Notes under the pieces: model-generated | Told to the model about the DNA's origin: nothing | What the model saw: the letters and a program-made list of their open reading frames with translations, nothing else | Database searches by the model: none | Program-made: the position numbers and the translations under genes | Source of the DNA: Lepidodermella squamata | Lineage: Eukaryota > Animalia > Gastrotricha | Assembly: GCA_047495785.1 (NCBI GenBank) | Contig: JBLDXI010000023.1 | Span: 1,415,937-1,479,936 of the forward strand | DNA length: 64,000 bases | Direction: 5' to 3' | Shown here: positions 48,991-61,535 of the stretch, in pieces | Position numbering within the stretch: position 1 is the first letter of the stretch | How the letters are laid out: each line of letters begins with the position of its first letter

Positions 48991-50937
48991 TCTTTCCGAG
49001 GCCAGCCGTTTGCGCTGGTTAGAGAACCATTTCCTTACCACAGTCATTTTCAAACCGGTTTTCTTGGCCAAACTTTGAAAGAAGGCGACTTCAAATCTTT
49101 CGCCGCTCGCGATTCCGTATTGATTCGAAGCACTGAGCAGAAGTTTACAAATAGTAATTACAATATAAAGAACTTGTTAAAAGCGTAGTCTTGGCGTTAC
49201 CTTCATCAAGGAAGAGATCTGATCTCCATTGAGTGGGGTTGGCGACATTATGTCGAAACAAAATGAGTAAATAGTTCAAATTCACAATGACTATAGAATC
49301 ATAAAATTCAAATTGAGGGCACTCAAATCAGGGAAAATGCAAATTTTCAAATATTCCCGAACATTACTTGTTCGGTAAAACAACTGATCAACTGACAAAC
49401 GAGCTGGGAGAACCGGCGTTTAACAGCTGTCCATTTCCATTTAAAATTATCAGCTACGTTTCTGCAAAGAGCTTCATCGGAGTTTCTACCCTTCGTCACA
49501 GTTCAACCATACACCCTGCATCAACCCCGATGCTTTGCCAGCTTTGCATGAACATCTGATCTGCTTCGTCCGAAAGGATATCTCCCCACGCAAAGATTCA
49601 TTAGAATTCAGAAAGCTGAAGGGCAACAAATACAAATTACAAGCAATACTTGAGTATGTATTTAACATCTTTAATCTAAATTCGAGGTTTATTTCTTTCA
49701 TTCAAGTGACGTTAGGAATTAAAGCAAAATTAAGAACACAGAGAGCGAAAAGGTCACCGCTAGGTCACCAAAAGGCTCTAGGTAGAACATGGAGGATGGA
49801 TGATTAGTTATCGTCAGCAGAAGGGGAGAGGGGGCGTGCAAGGGGAACCGGTACATGAGGAAGAAAGACAAAAGACAGAAGGAGGAAACAGGATGACCGA
49901 ATAGGTCAATATGGGTTAAAGCTAGCTATGAACAATGAACATTTCGAAGTGAGATTAAAATGTGCCTTTTATTAGCAAAGCGTCGTTAGTTCAACCGCTC
50001 ACTCCTCAATGCCAATGATTGAAGGGCTTCTCGAAGCTCTTGCAGCTTGTGTTAATCTGAATAACTTCTTCGTCTTAGTTTTCCTCGAGCGAATTCCCAG
50101 CTCGGCGTGCTTTAGAGCGATGAGTGTCCATAAGTTAATTTCAAAGTCTTAGCGAGTTCACCGTAACTGTAAGCTGCATAAGGGTTCAGTTTGAATATCT
50201 TCAAAAAGGGATTTCACACAAGTACCTATCAAACCGATCGCCGACCATTGCAAGAGTTCGGATAAAAAAAGCAGTAACACAACCCTGTTCCGCGGAGCTT
50301 GATAACTGATACCTAACAATGCTTCTTTTTCGTTGAAGCGCGATGATAAACCGATCCAACTTGATGTGAACTTGGTACAGTTTCTGAAACAAGCGGCAAT
50401 ATCTCATTTTTTGATAGCACGTAATGCTTCTTCACCTGCTAACGTAGTGATTTGAAAGATAAAAATTGCCTAATCAAAACACATTTACATCTTTCATGAG
50501 GCGAATCTAATTTTCTCTGATCTTCTCCTTTCTTGGAACCAATCTCCGTTGAGATTTCATGTGCCTTTTCCTGAGTAAGTCAATCGATTGACAGAAATTG
50601 AAAGTCTGAATTAATAGAATCGGTCATCATATTTATAATTCATCTCAAAGATTACCTGTAACAAACAATCAAACTACCAGTCTGAAACTGTGAATCTTTG
50701 AATCGGAGGGAATATGTAGGGAATCCTCGGCTTCAAATCATAAAAATAAAAAAGGTATGTTCACTACTATTTAAATCACGATTCACAGGCATTTGCTCTA
50801 CCGAAAATGAACGAAAATGCTGTGCTGTTCAAAACTGAAGTCATATCAATGCGGGTTGAAAAACCCAAAATCATAGAAAATAGTTAGGGCCCTGCGTTGT
50901 TAGATTTCAAATTATACAACAAAAGGAAACAGGATGC

Positions 50938-53583
50938 TCAAGAACCAAATGCTTCTTCCTTCTGTTTCTGTTTTTCATGCTTCCGCTTCGACCTGAACCA
51001 CTCTTTTATCTATGTAAAAAGGAAGACAAATAAAAAGGAACTCAGAAAGGAAGGGTAAGCTTTATTGCCTTGGGATATCCAATTGAAGTTGCTAGGCGCT
51101 CAGCTTGCTGGTGTGTTACGAATTTGCAGGTTTTAAACTCCTAAATAAATTGAACCACAGTAATGAAGCAAAAAACGCTTAATTCGCAAGCCTATCGGAT
51201 CAATCACCTTTTCTAGATGAAGCCGCTGCTCCCAAGTCGGGGCGCTTCTTTTCCGAGTTATAGCGGAACCTCGAGCTTTAGCACAGTTGAAGAAACGTTT
51301 CACAGATTCTAATGGGATTTCAAGTCTGTCAGCCAAACGAGTTATTCCAGTTCCCTGTAGATCTGGATTCTCATTGAATTCCTGAACAAAAAATAATCGA
51401 ATGAATGATAGATAATAGATAGATAGACGTCATAGATTTAAAAACGGCCTCATCTCACCTCAGTCAGGGCATTTCGCTGGTCACGTTTCAGTGTGGGACG
51501 ACGGGACGGCTTATTTGTCGCAGTTATCAGTAGTTTCCGCTTCATAGCGAAAAATTTCTTAACATGTCCAAAAGTCAATCCCAACTTTTCCGCAATCGCT
51601 AGCGCTCTGCCGCCCTCCAGTCGGCTGGATTCAGCGAACTCCTGAAGAACAATACTTCTGAAACAATAATATGTTTCCAAACATCCCACAATTCCACACT
51701 TTGTCGGAATAAATGACTAAATGACTCGAGTTCGCCAAAATGTTGTCATATTATTGATTTATCCGAGTCGATAAAATGGAAAACCACTACTACAACCTTA
51801 GCGATTTCATTGATACTTCTGAAACATGTCAACTTTCCATTTCAAAAGGGTGAACTCACGGCATTCAAAACGCAGACACTGGCTTGATCGAGATTTAGTC
51901 GTTTCTTTCCGAGCCCAACAGATTTGCGCCGGGTAACAAACCAATTCCTGACCACGTACCTTCTCAATCCGGTTTTCTTGGCCAATCTTTGAAAGAGAGC
52001 ATAGTCAAAGCTATCGCCATTCACAACTGTTGACTGGAATGCATCCTGTAGTTCAGCCAGTTGAGAATCTGTGAATTGACAGGACTCAGATTTCGCTGTT
52101 CTACTGCGGATTCCCACTTCAGCTCGCCGTTTCAAGACAAGACGTGTGGGCTGATTAACTGTTATGCCCATAGCTTCAGCGACTTCGCGGCACCTTTTTT
52201 CTGAAGCGCCAGGATTCTGTTTGAATTCCTGTAAAAATCAATCACCAGATTAGAGATTTAGCACTTCTCAGTTTAACCTTCTCAAATGTTTCAATTTGCT
52301 GGGATGTTAACTCCAACCGAGCATTTCGTTGGTTGCGATGCTTGCAGAAGAATCGTTCAACCTGGCTTTCCGTCAAGCCGAATCGTCGTGACAGCATCTG
52401 CTGTCTGCCCTTGCTCAGTTTAGGATCATTTTTCACTTCGAGCATTAACAATTCGTTTTTTTCTTCCCCAAGAATATCTTCAAATCGCCAAATCTTCTTA
52501 GTATTCATTTCAACTCCTTTCCTCCGTCTAATGCGGAACCAGTTTTGAACTTTCACAACCGATGTGCCAATCTTTTTCGCTATGAACCCAGCCGTATCCT
52601 TGGGAAGCTTGCGATTTCCCAACAAATCAAAGCACTAAGATTAGTGAGTTGAGATTAGTAAAAAATAACAGTAAATGTGGGTTCACAGACTCGGCGACAC
52701 GACAGGGTGGCGACGCGACAACTAGAATGTCGCGCGCTATTATCGCGAGGGTGTTCCCAGCTTGGGCGATCTGTCGCGCGCTCTAACAATAGCGTTGCGT
52801 AACAGCTGGCGACGTCGAAAACAATGGATGTTGTCGCTTGACGCAGCAACTAGCTTGAAAATAGGGGATTTTCGACCTCGCGACGCGACAAGGCGACAAG
52901 GATCAGAGTGTCCGGTTAATTACTAATATTTGTTTCAATCCTAATCCTCACTCAAAGAGCCGATAAACAACCGCACACAAAGAACACAGGATTATTGGGA
53001 CTTAATACTGTTTTAAATTTAGCTCGGTTACCTCGAGATGTTGCTGTTGACTTAGGCGACTTACATTAGCTGATTGGTTTGTTAGCGTGGGCAAAGTTCC
53101 GTGGCAGAATGAAAAAGCATGTTTATATTATAATGAAAAAATTAAGTACTACGACGAGGAGCAATAAAATAGGGCTGCTTCGAGGGTGCGAAGTACAGGG
53201 GTGCTGGGGTGTCGCAACACCCCAGCTACGGGACTCCAGCCAGAGAAAGGCTAAAAAAAACAAAAGGGGGGACCCTTTGGTTTCTTAGGCTGGTTCCTAG
53301 AAAACATCTCAGCTCCCGGATCCTACTTCGCACACTGGCTGCTTCCATTACCATTTCGTATTATTTCGCAAAATGGATTTGTCGCACGACAGCGTGTCTC
53401 AAGTCTCAACCCTCAACCGTGACTGTCTATGTGAGTCGCTCGGCCGTTACAGCGCGACAAGTGCGCGACAGTGTCGCCGTGTCGCCGAGTCTGTGAACCG
53501 AGTCTGAACAATATGAACATTGTTCTTGCCGTTACCTTCACCAAGTAAGACCGCTGACCGGCTTTAAGTTGGGTTGGAAACAT
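50938..53583 (-). CDS. Copy G': mirror of the intact seven-homeodomain gene
   Basis: Exon translations identical to copy G. Confidence 0.83.
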
Positions 53584-54683
53584 GTTGTCCAACAGAATTG
53601 ATTACTCAAAGTGTACAGATGAAAAATTCACCTACATATAACAAAACCAAAACGTTTTGTTAATCGTTCATATGGAATTCGCATTTTTAAGGTCATTCGT
53701 AAGGGCCACAAATCAGAGACAACACAATTTTTCCTTATTACCTTACCCAACAATAAATGCCACCAGTTCCTCAATTGTTCTACCAATTGTTCTACCTTTG
53801 ATTCCTACGTATGGCGACATCGGTTTGACGAAATGATAAAGCAGTGCATCAGCAAGGGCAGTAGACGGCAGCAGGACACTTCCATCATCGAGCTTCATGT
53901 AGGTCAGGCGATCAACAGGGGTAGGGCGAAACTTATCGAGACGACGGAGACGGGCATAAGCCTCACGGTAGCGGTGCTGGAACGACAGAGCTTCAACATG
54001 TCGCAGGTTGGAAACATCCCGCCTTAACTTCTGAGCCGCTTTCGCAGCGCGGAACTGGGCGTGCAAAGCGTTGATCCTATCAACTCGATTTCCGAGCCCA
54101 CGTTCAAGAATCCGTTTCCTTTCGAGCAGGCTACGCATGTCGCGTGACATTGAAAGTTTTCTCAACTGCGTAAGAGTTGAAATAGTGAATAACAGATAAT
54201 TACAAATAATTTTTCCTGGCATTACCTTTGACAAGTAAGAGCGCTGACTGGCTTTAAGCTGGGTGGGCAACATTTTGTCGAACATAAATTGATCATTCAA
54301 AATGTACTAGTACAGATAACAGATAATAAATTCACCTACAGATAACCGTAACTTCCTGTTAATCATTCGTATTCGCATTTGCACAAGGGGATGACAAATC
54401 AGAGACAACTGAGTCATTTTTTTTACACTGATCCTGATTTTTTCAATGAAAATCAACCGAGGAGGTATCTGCATTCTTTTCAATTTTCTGTTAACTCGGA
54501 ACAGTTTAAACAGTTTACCAGGAGACAGAATGATGTTCATGAACCGATTGCTGCTTTCTTCTATTTCTTTTTTTCAAAAAAGCATTTCGAATGAAACAAA
54601 GCAATTCCTTTAAACAGGAAACAGGAAACCTTCAAACTTGTCAAGTCATTTACCTTTTCTAGAAAGAATCCGCTGCTGCCAGG

Positions 54684-56015
54684 TCACTCGATTTTACAAG
54701 GACATCTGGCTTTAACACGACGGTGGATGTCGAGGAAACGTCTCACAATATCAAATGGAATTTCCAGTCTTTCAGCAAGACGAGTTATTCCAGTTTCCTG
54801 TAGATTTGGATTCTCATTGAATTCCTGAACAAAAAAAACTGAGAACTGTATAGACTGGAATTGTAAGCTTCATCACACCTTCGTCAAGGCATTTCGCTGG
54901 TTACGTTTCAGTGTACGAAGGGATTGATTATTTTTTATCGCAGCACTCAATCGTTTCCGCTTCGTAGCGAAAAAGCATCTAACCTGTCTGAAAGTTAATC
55001 CCAACTTTTTCGCAATAGCTTGCATACTGTCTCCTTCCATACGGCTCGATTTAGCGAACTCCTGAGAAACAATCATGTTGGATAATTGTAACTTTAAGAT
55101 CAAGGGTGCAACTCACAGCATTTAGAGAGCAGACACTAGTATGATCAAGAGTTTCTCTTTTCTTTCCGAGGCCAGCTGATTTACGCTGGTTATAGAGCCA
55201 ATTCCGCACTACGGTCGTTTTCAATCCTGTTTTCTCGGCCAAACTTCGATAGAGAGCATCGTCAAACCTGTCGCCCCTAACCACTGTTGCTTGGAATGCT
55301 TCCTGTAGTTCAGCCAGTTGAAAATCCGTGAATCCAACAAATTCCAATGTCCCTGTTCTACCGCGGATTCCCAATTGAGCTCTTCGTTCTCCAACAAGAC
55401 GCCTAGCCTGATAACATGTTACGCCCACGGCTTTGGCCACTTCTCTAAATCTTTGCAGCGACGCGGCAGGATTCTGTTTGAACTCCTATAACAGTCAGTC
55501 ATAATCTTAAGCAAATATTGCTTCTCAGTTATACCTTCTCGAATATTTCATTTTGCTGAGAAGTTAGCTTGAAACGAACATATGTCTTTCGTTGAACGCG
55601 ATGACCGATGAAGAATCTTTCAACTTGACGCTCGGTAAGGTCAAATTTTCGAGCTAGCAGCTGCTTTCTCGCCTTGAACAACTTGGGATCACGTTTCACT
55701 TCCAACGTCAACAATTTGCTTTTTTCTTTCCCCAGAATATCTTCAAGACGCCAAGTTTTCTTAGTTTTCTCTGTAACTCTTCTCTTTCTTCTTGTGCAAA
55801 ACCATTTTTGCACTTCAACAACCGTTGTGCCGATCTTTTTCGCTATTAACTCAGCAATATCCTCTGTAAGGTTGCGCTTTCGAATCAACTCAAGGCACTG
55901 AGCAAGTGGAGAATAATAGTCATTTACAATAAAAAGAGCTGCTCAAAAAACGTTGTTATTACGTTACCTTCATCAAATAATAGACTTGATCGGCGTTAAA
56001 TTGCGTTGGCGACAT
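54684..56015 (-). CDS. Copy E': mirror of the six-homeodomain truncated gene
   Basis: Exon translations identical to copy E. Confidence 0.63.
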
Positions 56016-57124
56016 GATGCCAACCAAAATTAGTAATTGCTTTTAAGAATGCCTAGATATTTCAATAAGCAACACAAAAGCATCATGAAACTAACCGGCT
56101 GTTGCTTTTTCAGCTTTGCGTAAACATCTGATCTGCTTCGTTCGGAGGGATATTTCATCAAAAAATTCTGAATAAAGTAATCAAGTAATAAAGTGTAGAA
56201 ATTACAAGCGATAAGCGATAAGTATTAACAATCAATTGGATTAAAGCGAGTGATGTGCAATGGGACTGCGACCGTGCAGAGAAGCGGAGCCAACAATTTG
56301 CATTCACACACTGAAGGGTTGATATCCCTGACCTGGTTCGGGGGTAAATTAATAACAGCAATTAGACTGAATAATCAGTAAAGCAGATCAACTGATAACT
56401 TTATTGTCATTATTTAGGGCTTATATAGCCAAGAGGACGCCAAATTAGATGAGTTGTAATGAAGTGCGTCACGTGATATTACTGTCACGAGCGCTAGCTA
56501 GAATAATAAGAGTGGACTAATGAACTAATAATTGGGACAGGGAACATAGCGATCCTCTCACACACATGCGAACATCATTGTGATATATTAAGAACATTGA
56601 AACATTGCAGCTAACCCTCATTACCGGATGCCTTAAGTAGTTGCGCCGGTAGTTTAATCCCGCGAAGAGCGGAGTTATGTTTTTTCAAACATCTCGTGTT
56701 CACCCCTGGGCTGTCGCGCCGCTGGCGGGCTGGCGCCACACTCTTTACTTGACCCTTGTCCGTTCGCGCTGTCTTTATGGGACTGTCCCGGACTGCAATA
56801 GATTAATCGACTCGCTGTCATCCAAAATGATTGCCTGCGAGCAAAGCTCAACGTTCGTCGGGACAACCGGGTCCGCGTGTCGGAGCTGGAAATGCCGTTA
56901 TGTCGCCAATTCTGCTCAACATGGAGAATAGACATGCCAACCTACAGTGAGATTCTTCGAGGCATTCAATGAGTATAATTCGACCGATCTGCAACGATTC
57001 GTAAGTACTACATCAACAGAAACATTCATTAAACTACAAATTCTTTGCAAACATTACCGGAAATAATCAATAATACTGCTTGTCTGAAGCTTTGAATTTT
57101 GAGCGATGCCAACTCATCATGCTA

Positions 57125-58496
57125 CTAAATTCTAAATTCAAATATTTATTGTTCGTTGACATCATATAAACAGGGGAGACGAAATAATTGAGAGATATCA
57201 ACGACGCGGGGTCGCGAGATTACATGCGCTTGCCGGCGGCAGTGCGCTGTGGACGCAAGTGGGCGGGATGATGGATGATTTATCGAAGGCAGACAGACAC
57301 GTAAACACAGCGAGGGAGAATGGGAGGGAGAAGAAGGGTAGAGAGAAGAGAAAGCAAAGGATAGAGGGAGAGGGAGAGGCGGCAAGATCAGACATCGAAA
57401 GTGGGCAAAGGACCCCGAGGAAGCCTGCTGGCGATCGAGGCCAGCGGGGAACGGGGCACCGGGTTCGCGGAGAGGCGGAGTCGCTCAACTTCTTCTCTAA
57501 GAGGGAGGACGAACCGGACTGCATTCGCAGCATAACGGCGCTGGGTCTGTTCGAAAAAGGCAGGAAGGCTCTTCACGCCACAGCGGCGTTCCAGCTCCGA
57601 GACACGGACCCGGTCATCGCGGCGGATGTTTAGCAGGCTGCGCAGACAGTCGTTCTGCAACACATCAAGCCGCTTCAGCTGCCTCTTGGGCGCGGTACAA
57701 AACACGACGTTGCCGTAAGTGGCGGCGGAGCGGACAAGGCTGAGGTAGGCGGTGCGACGCCATCGGCGAGAGAGGCCAGGGGTGCAGGCAATACGGCGAA
57801 AGTGGGACAGGTTCCGGGTGCAGCGGTTGATGACCTGGTCGACGTGCGACTTCCAAGTCAGCTTGGCGTCAAGGTGCACGCCGAGGACACGAATCACGGC
57901 AACTTGAGGGATCGTCGAGCCGTCGAGGTGCAGACGGGTCTGGTACGAGCGCCAGGCAAACGGCATTGCTTCGCTTTTCGACGCATTAAACTTCTGGCGC
58001 CACTCGCGGGCCCACTGCGATCGATCTCTGCCTGGGTGCAGCGTTCGGCCTCCTGGAAATTCCACCCTCGCCGACGACTGTGAGATCGTCAGCATAGGCG
58101 TCTAGGGAACAGCCGGGGGCAGTCGGCGCAGTTAGAAGGTCAGCAGTGTACATGATGTACAGTAGGGGCGACAGGAGCGAGCCTTGCGGTACCCCGCAGT
58201 TCACAGTCCGCTGCTGGCTGAGGAAGCCGGCGACGCGCGCTTGAAGCTTCCGGTCTCGCAGGAAATCGGTCAGCCAGGCGGCCAGGTTTCGAGGTAGAGG
58301 CAGTTCGGCGAGTTTGAAGGCAAGGCCGACACTCCACACGGAATCGTACGCCGCTTGTACGTCAAGGCCGACGACGACGACCTTACGGTTACGCGACCGG
58401 CCGAGGTGGACGCGGTGCGCGACTCGCAGCGGTACGTCCGGAGCGGATCGGTGAGCACGGAACGCGTACTGGTTGTCAGCGAGCAGGCTGAGATCC
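57125..58496 (-). mobile_element. Mirror of the 5'-truncated LINE family-1 copy
   Basis: ORF translations identical to 20671-22042. Confidence 0.9.
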
Positions 58497-61400
58497 TACG
58501 AAGGATTAACCTTAATCTATAATTCTAAACGAAGAAGGTCCTCAACGGCTGAAATTTGAATTCGCGACATCTGATTGGACGCAATTAAATGCAATATATT
58601 TTCAGCCTTCCATTGGGCCGGTATTTTTGTTTTTGATATCAATCAGTGTGCGACTTCCAGGGGGGATGGGGGGATCATCCCCCCAGCTCGGCCGGGCCAG
58701 ACGACAAAACGAGAAATTATCCCACTGTTTTGTTAATTTTTGAAGGTTCCGGAGCGTGTTTTAGTAAAAAATCGGTTATTCGCCGAAATAACTAGTCATT
58801 TTGGCAAATACAGCAAAAAAAAAAATTTCATCCCAGGCAGCTCGGGGATCGCACACTGGTATCAATAGATACAATAAAGTGTAGATGAGCAGAAAACTCA
58901 GACTTTTTGACTGCGTCAAATTGGCCGCGTCAAAATGGCAAAATAGAAACCGATCTCTATAATGTGCGCGCCTGCTCATTGGCCAACGTGCGCACCTAAT
59001 AATGCCTAATAATGCGCGCGCGCGCCTATTGGTCAGTGTGCGCGTAGTGTTTCAGGTGCGCGCGCGCTAATGCCACAAAACTCAGCTCAATTCCGGACCC
59101 CGTCCACGACGCCAACAATGATTGCGCAATCAGAGGGTAAAAGTGGACTTAAGCGCGAACGCTAAGTCTAAATTTTTACGAAAGTTAGATAGATATAGAT
59201 ATCTCACGTAAACAATTCATGACAAAAAAGTATTACGTACATTTTGAGTTTTGCGCGCACTCATTACCAGAAATTTGGAGTGCGCGTAAAACTTTTTTGC
59301 ATTAACTTTTTCACGCGAGAACACCATATTTAATCGAAAGAGAATCGTCTGAATTATTTTTTTGGTATTAAAACCGACGCGATATTTGAAAGTAATCCTT
59401 TAACATCATTGCGCGGGTAGGACGTCAAAACAGCGAAAGCGCAGAACAGCGAAACCGACATAACAGCGAAAGCGACGAAACAGCGAAAAATCCTCCCCAA
59501 AATGCTGTGTAATGTCCTATATTAAAATCGCTGTTATGTCGCAAATTAGATTTTTCGCTGTTTTGTCGTGTTCGCTGTTTCGGGTATTCGCTGTTATGGC
59601 GGTCTGCCCATTGCGCGCGGTCTCGGAAAGGTTAAAAATCAGAGCTTAGCTAGCGCGCGGCATTCGCACTCGGAGTCTAAATTTTTATCAACTTCAAGAC
59701 CGCGCGCGATGATGCTAAAGGAATACTTTCAAACATCGCGTCGGTTTTTATACTAAAAAATAATTCAGACAATTCTCTTTCGATTGATAATGGTGTTCTC
59801 GCGCGAAAAAGTTAATGCAAAAAATTCCCCCAGTTACTAAACATGAGAACTCATATTTGCCTTGAAAACAACTGTTTTCCAAAGCCTGGAGCTATTCATG
59901 CCCTTGCATACTCATTCTGCCAAAACCAAGCATGAAATTTGAAAGAATACCCAGAAATTTACCATAATACTCATGTTTCCCTCTGCCAGCGTTTCCCAAA
60001 CCGTGTCCTATAGGACACTCGTGTACTAAGCCAACTTTCAAGTGTCCTGTAGGACACTGGTGTCCTATGGGCCTCAAAATGACAGAAGGACAAAAATAGG
60101 TAGATCCACAAGCCATTTTTGGACCATTTTCAGACTCAAAATCGGGAAAAAAACCGTCAGCTAAAGCTCGCTACGCTCGCGAGTTGCCTATTTATGAAAT
60201 ACAGGGTGACTTTTTTTAGTGGAAATAATCTTTGTTAGTGTTGGGGCCCGAGCCCGATTTCGGCCCGTACGCGTTCGGGACGGCCCGTGTGCGACCGGGT
60301 AATAGCAATTTTCCACTCCGCGCTCCGGCCGCGACGTTAACTGTAAATTTAACAAATTCGATGAAATAACGCTTCACCGCACACGGGCCGGCCAAGGTGT
60401 TGGCCCGAGCACGGCGGAGAACAATGGGATCCAGCGCTATTATTAGGCATTCGCGCGCGCCGTACTAGGGCCGTCGGGTTTGGGCCGGGACTTGATACAG
60501 TTACCGGGTAGGGCTTTGGTTGTAGGATGACCCGAGCCCGGTGGCCCAAGCCCGGCGATTGATTCCAGAGGGCCGAGCCCGGCGGCCCGAGTGCGGCGCT
60601 GAACAATAGCGCTGGGTCCCATTGTTCTCCGCCGTGCTTGGGCCAACACCTTGGCCGGCCCGTGTGCGGTGAAGCGTGATTTCATCGAATTTGTTAAATT
60701 TACAGTAAACGTCGCATACGGGCATGTTTCAAAGCGGCCCGAACGCGGAGTGGCAAATCAATGTTACCCGTCTGCGTACGGGCCGGCCCGAACGCGTACG
60801 GGCAGAATTCGGACTCGGGTCCCAACATTAGCATTAATCGGGACTAGTACTGTCTAGTATTGCGAGTACTTGCACTGCACTAAAGTCGATTTCTCCAAAC
60901 TCTTCAAACTCTATCTGATAATTATCGCGTAATACCAGGCCATTCATAAAATTTTATTGCTAGCACGAGTTCGTTAAGTTTGGAGAAATCGACATGCAAG
61001 TACTCGCCATACAAAGATGATTCAGTACTAGACGCTAACATGGATTATTGCCACTATAAAAAAGTCACCCTGTAGTTTATGAAAACCTCCGATCGGACGG
61101 GAACCGGTACTTTCCGCGTGGTTTGACTGAATCTCTGAGACGATAAATGATAGAATCAATTTTTTAAACTGACCCATATCCCTTGTTATTTTAAGGACGT
61201 TACAGATTGCACCTTACGACGTGATTAAATAAATGATTATGATAGATATTCATGATTATGACAAATGATGAGTGAATTTCTGGGAAAACCCCAAGGCATA
61301 GCCTCAATTTTAAGATGTTATACGTCGTTTTTCAGTGTCGAATTCTAAAAATGTTCTCGCTTGGCTCGCTTTTAGTTTGAATTTTATCCGGGATTTCATC

Positions 61401-61535
61401 TATTTCGAGCTCGGTAGCCATCAAAAACCAATATAAACAAGCAATCAATTTGTAGCTCAACAATTTTTACCCATTCCAAACCAAATTTCATTCATTTTAG
61501 CAAGGTGTCCTACGAGCCATTCTGATAGGACTCTA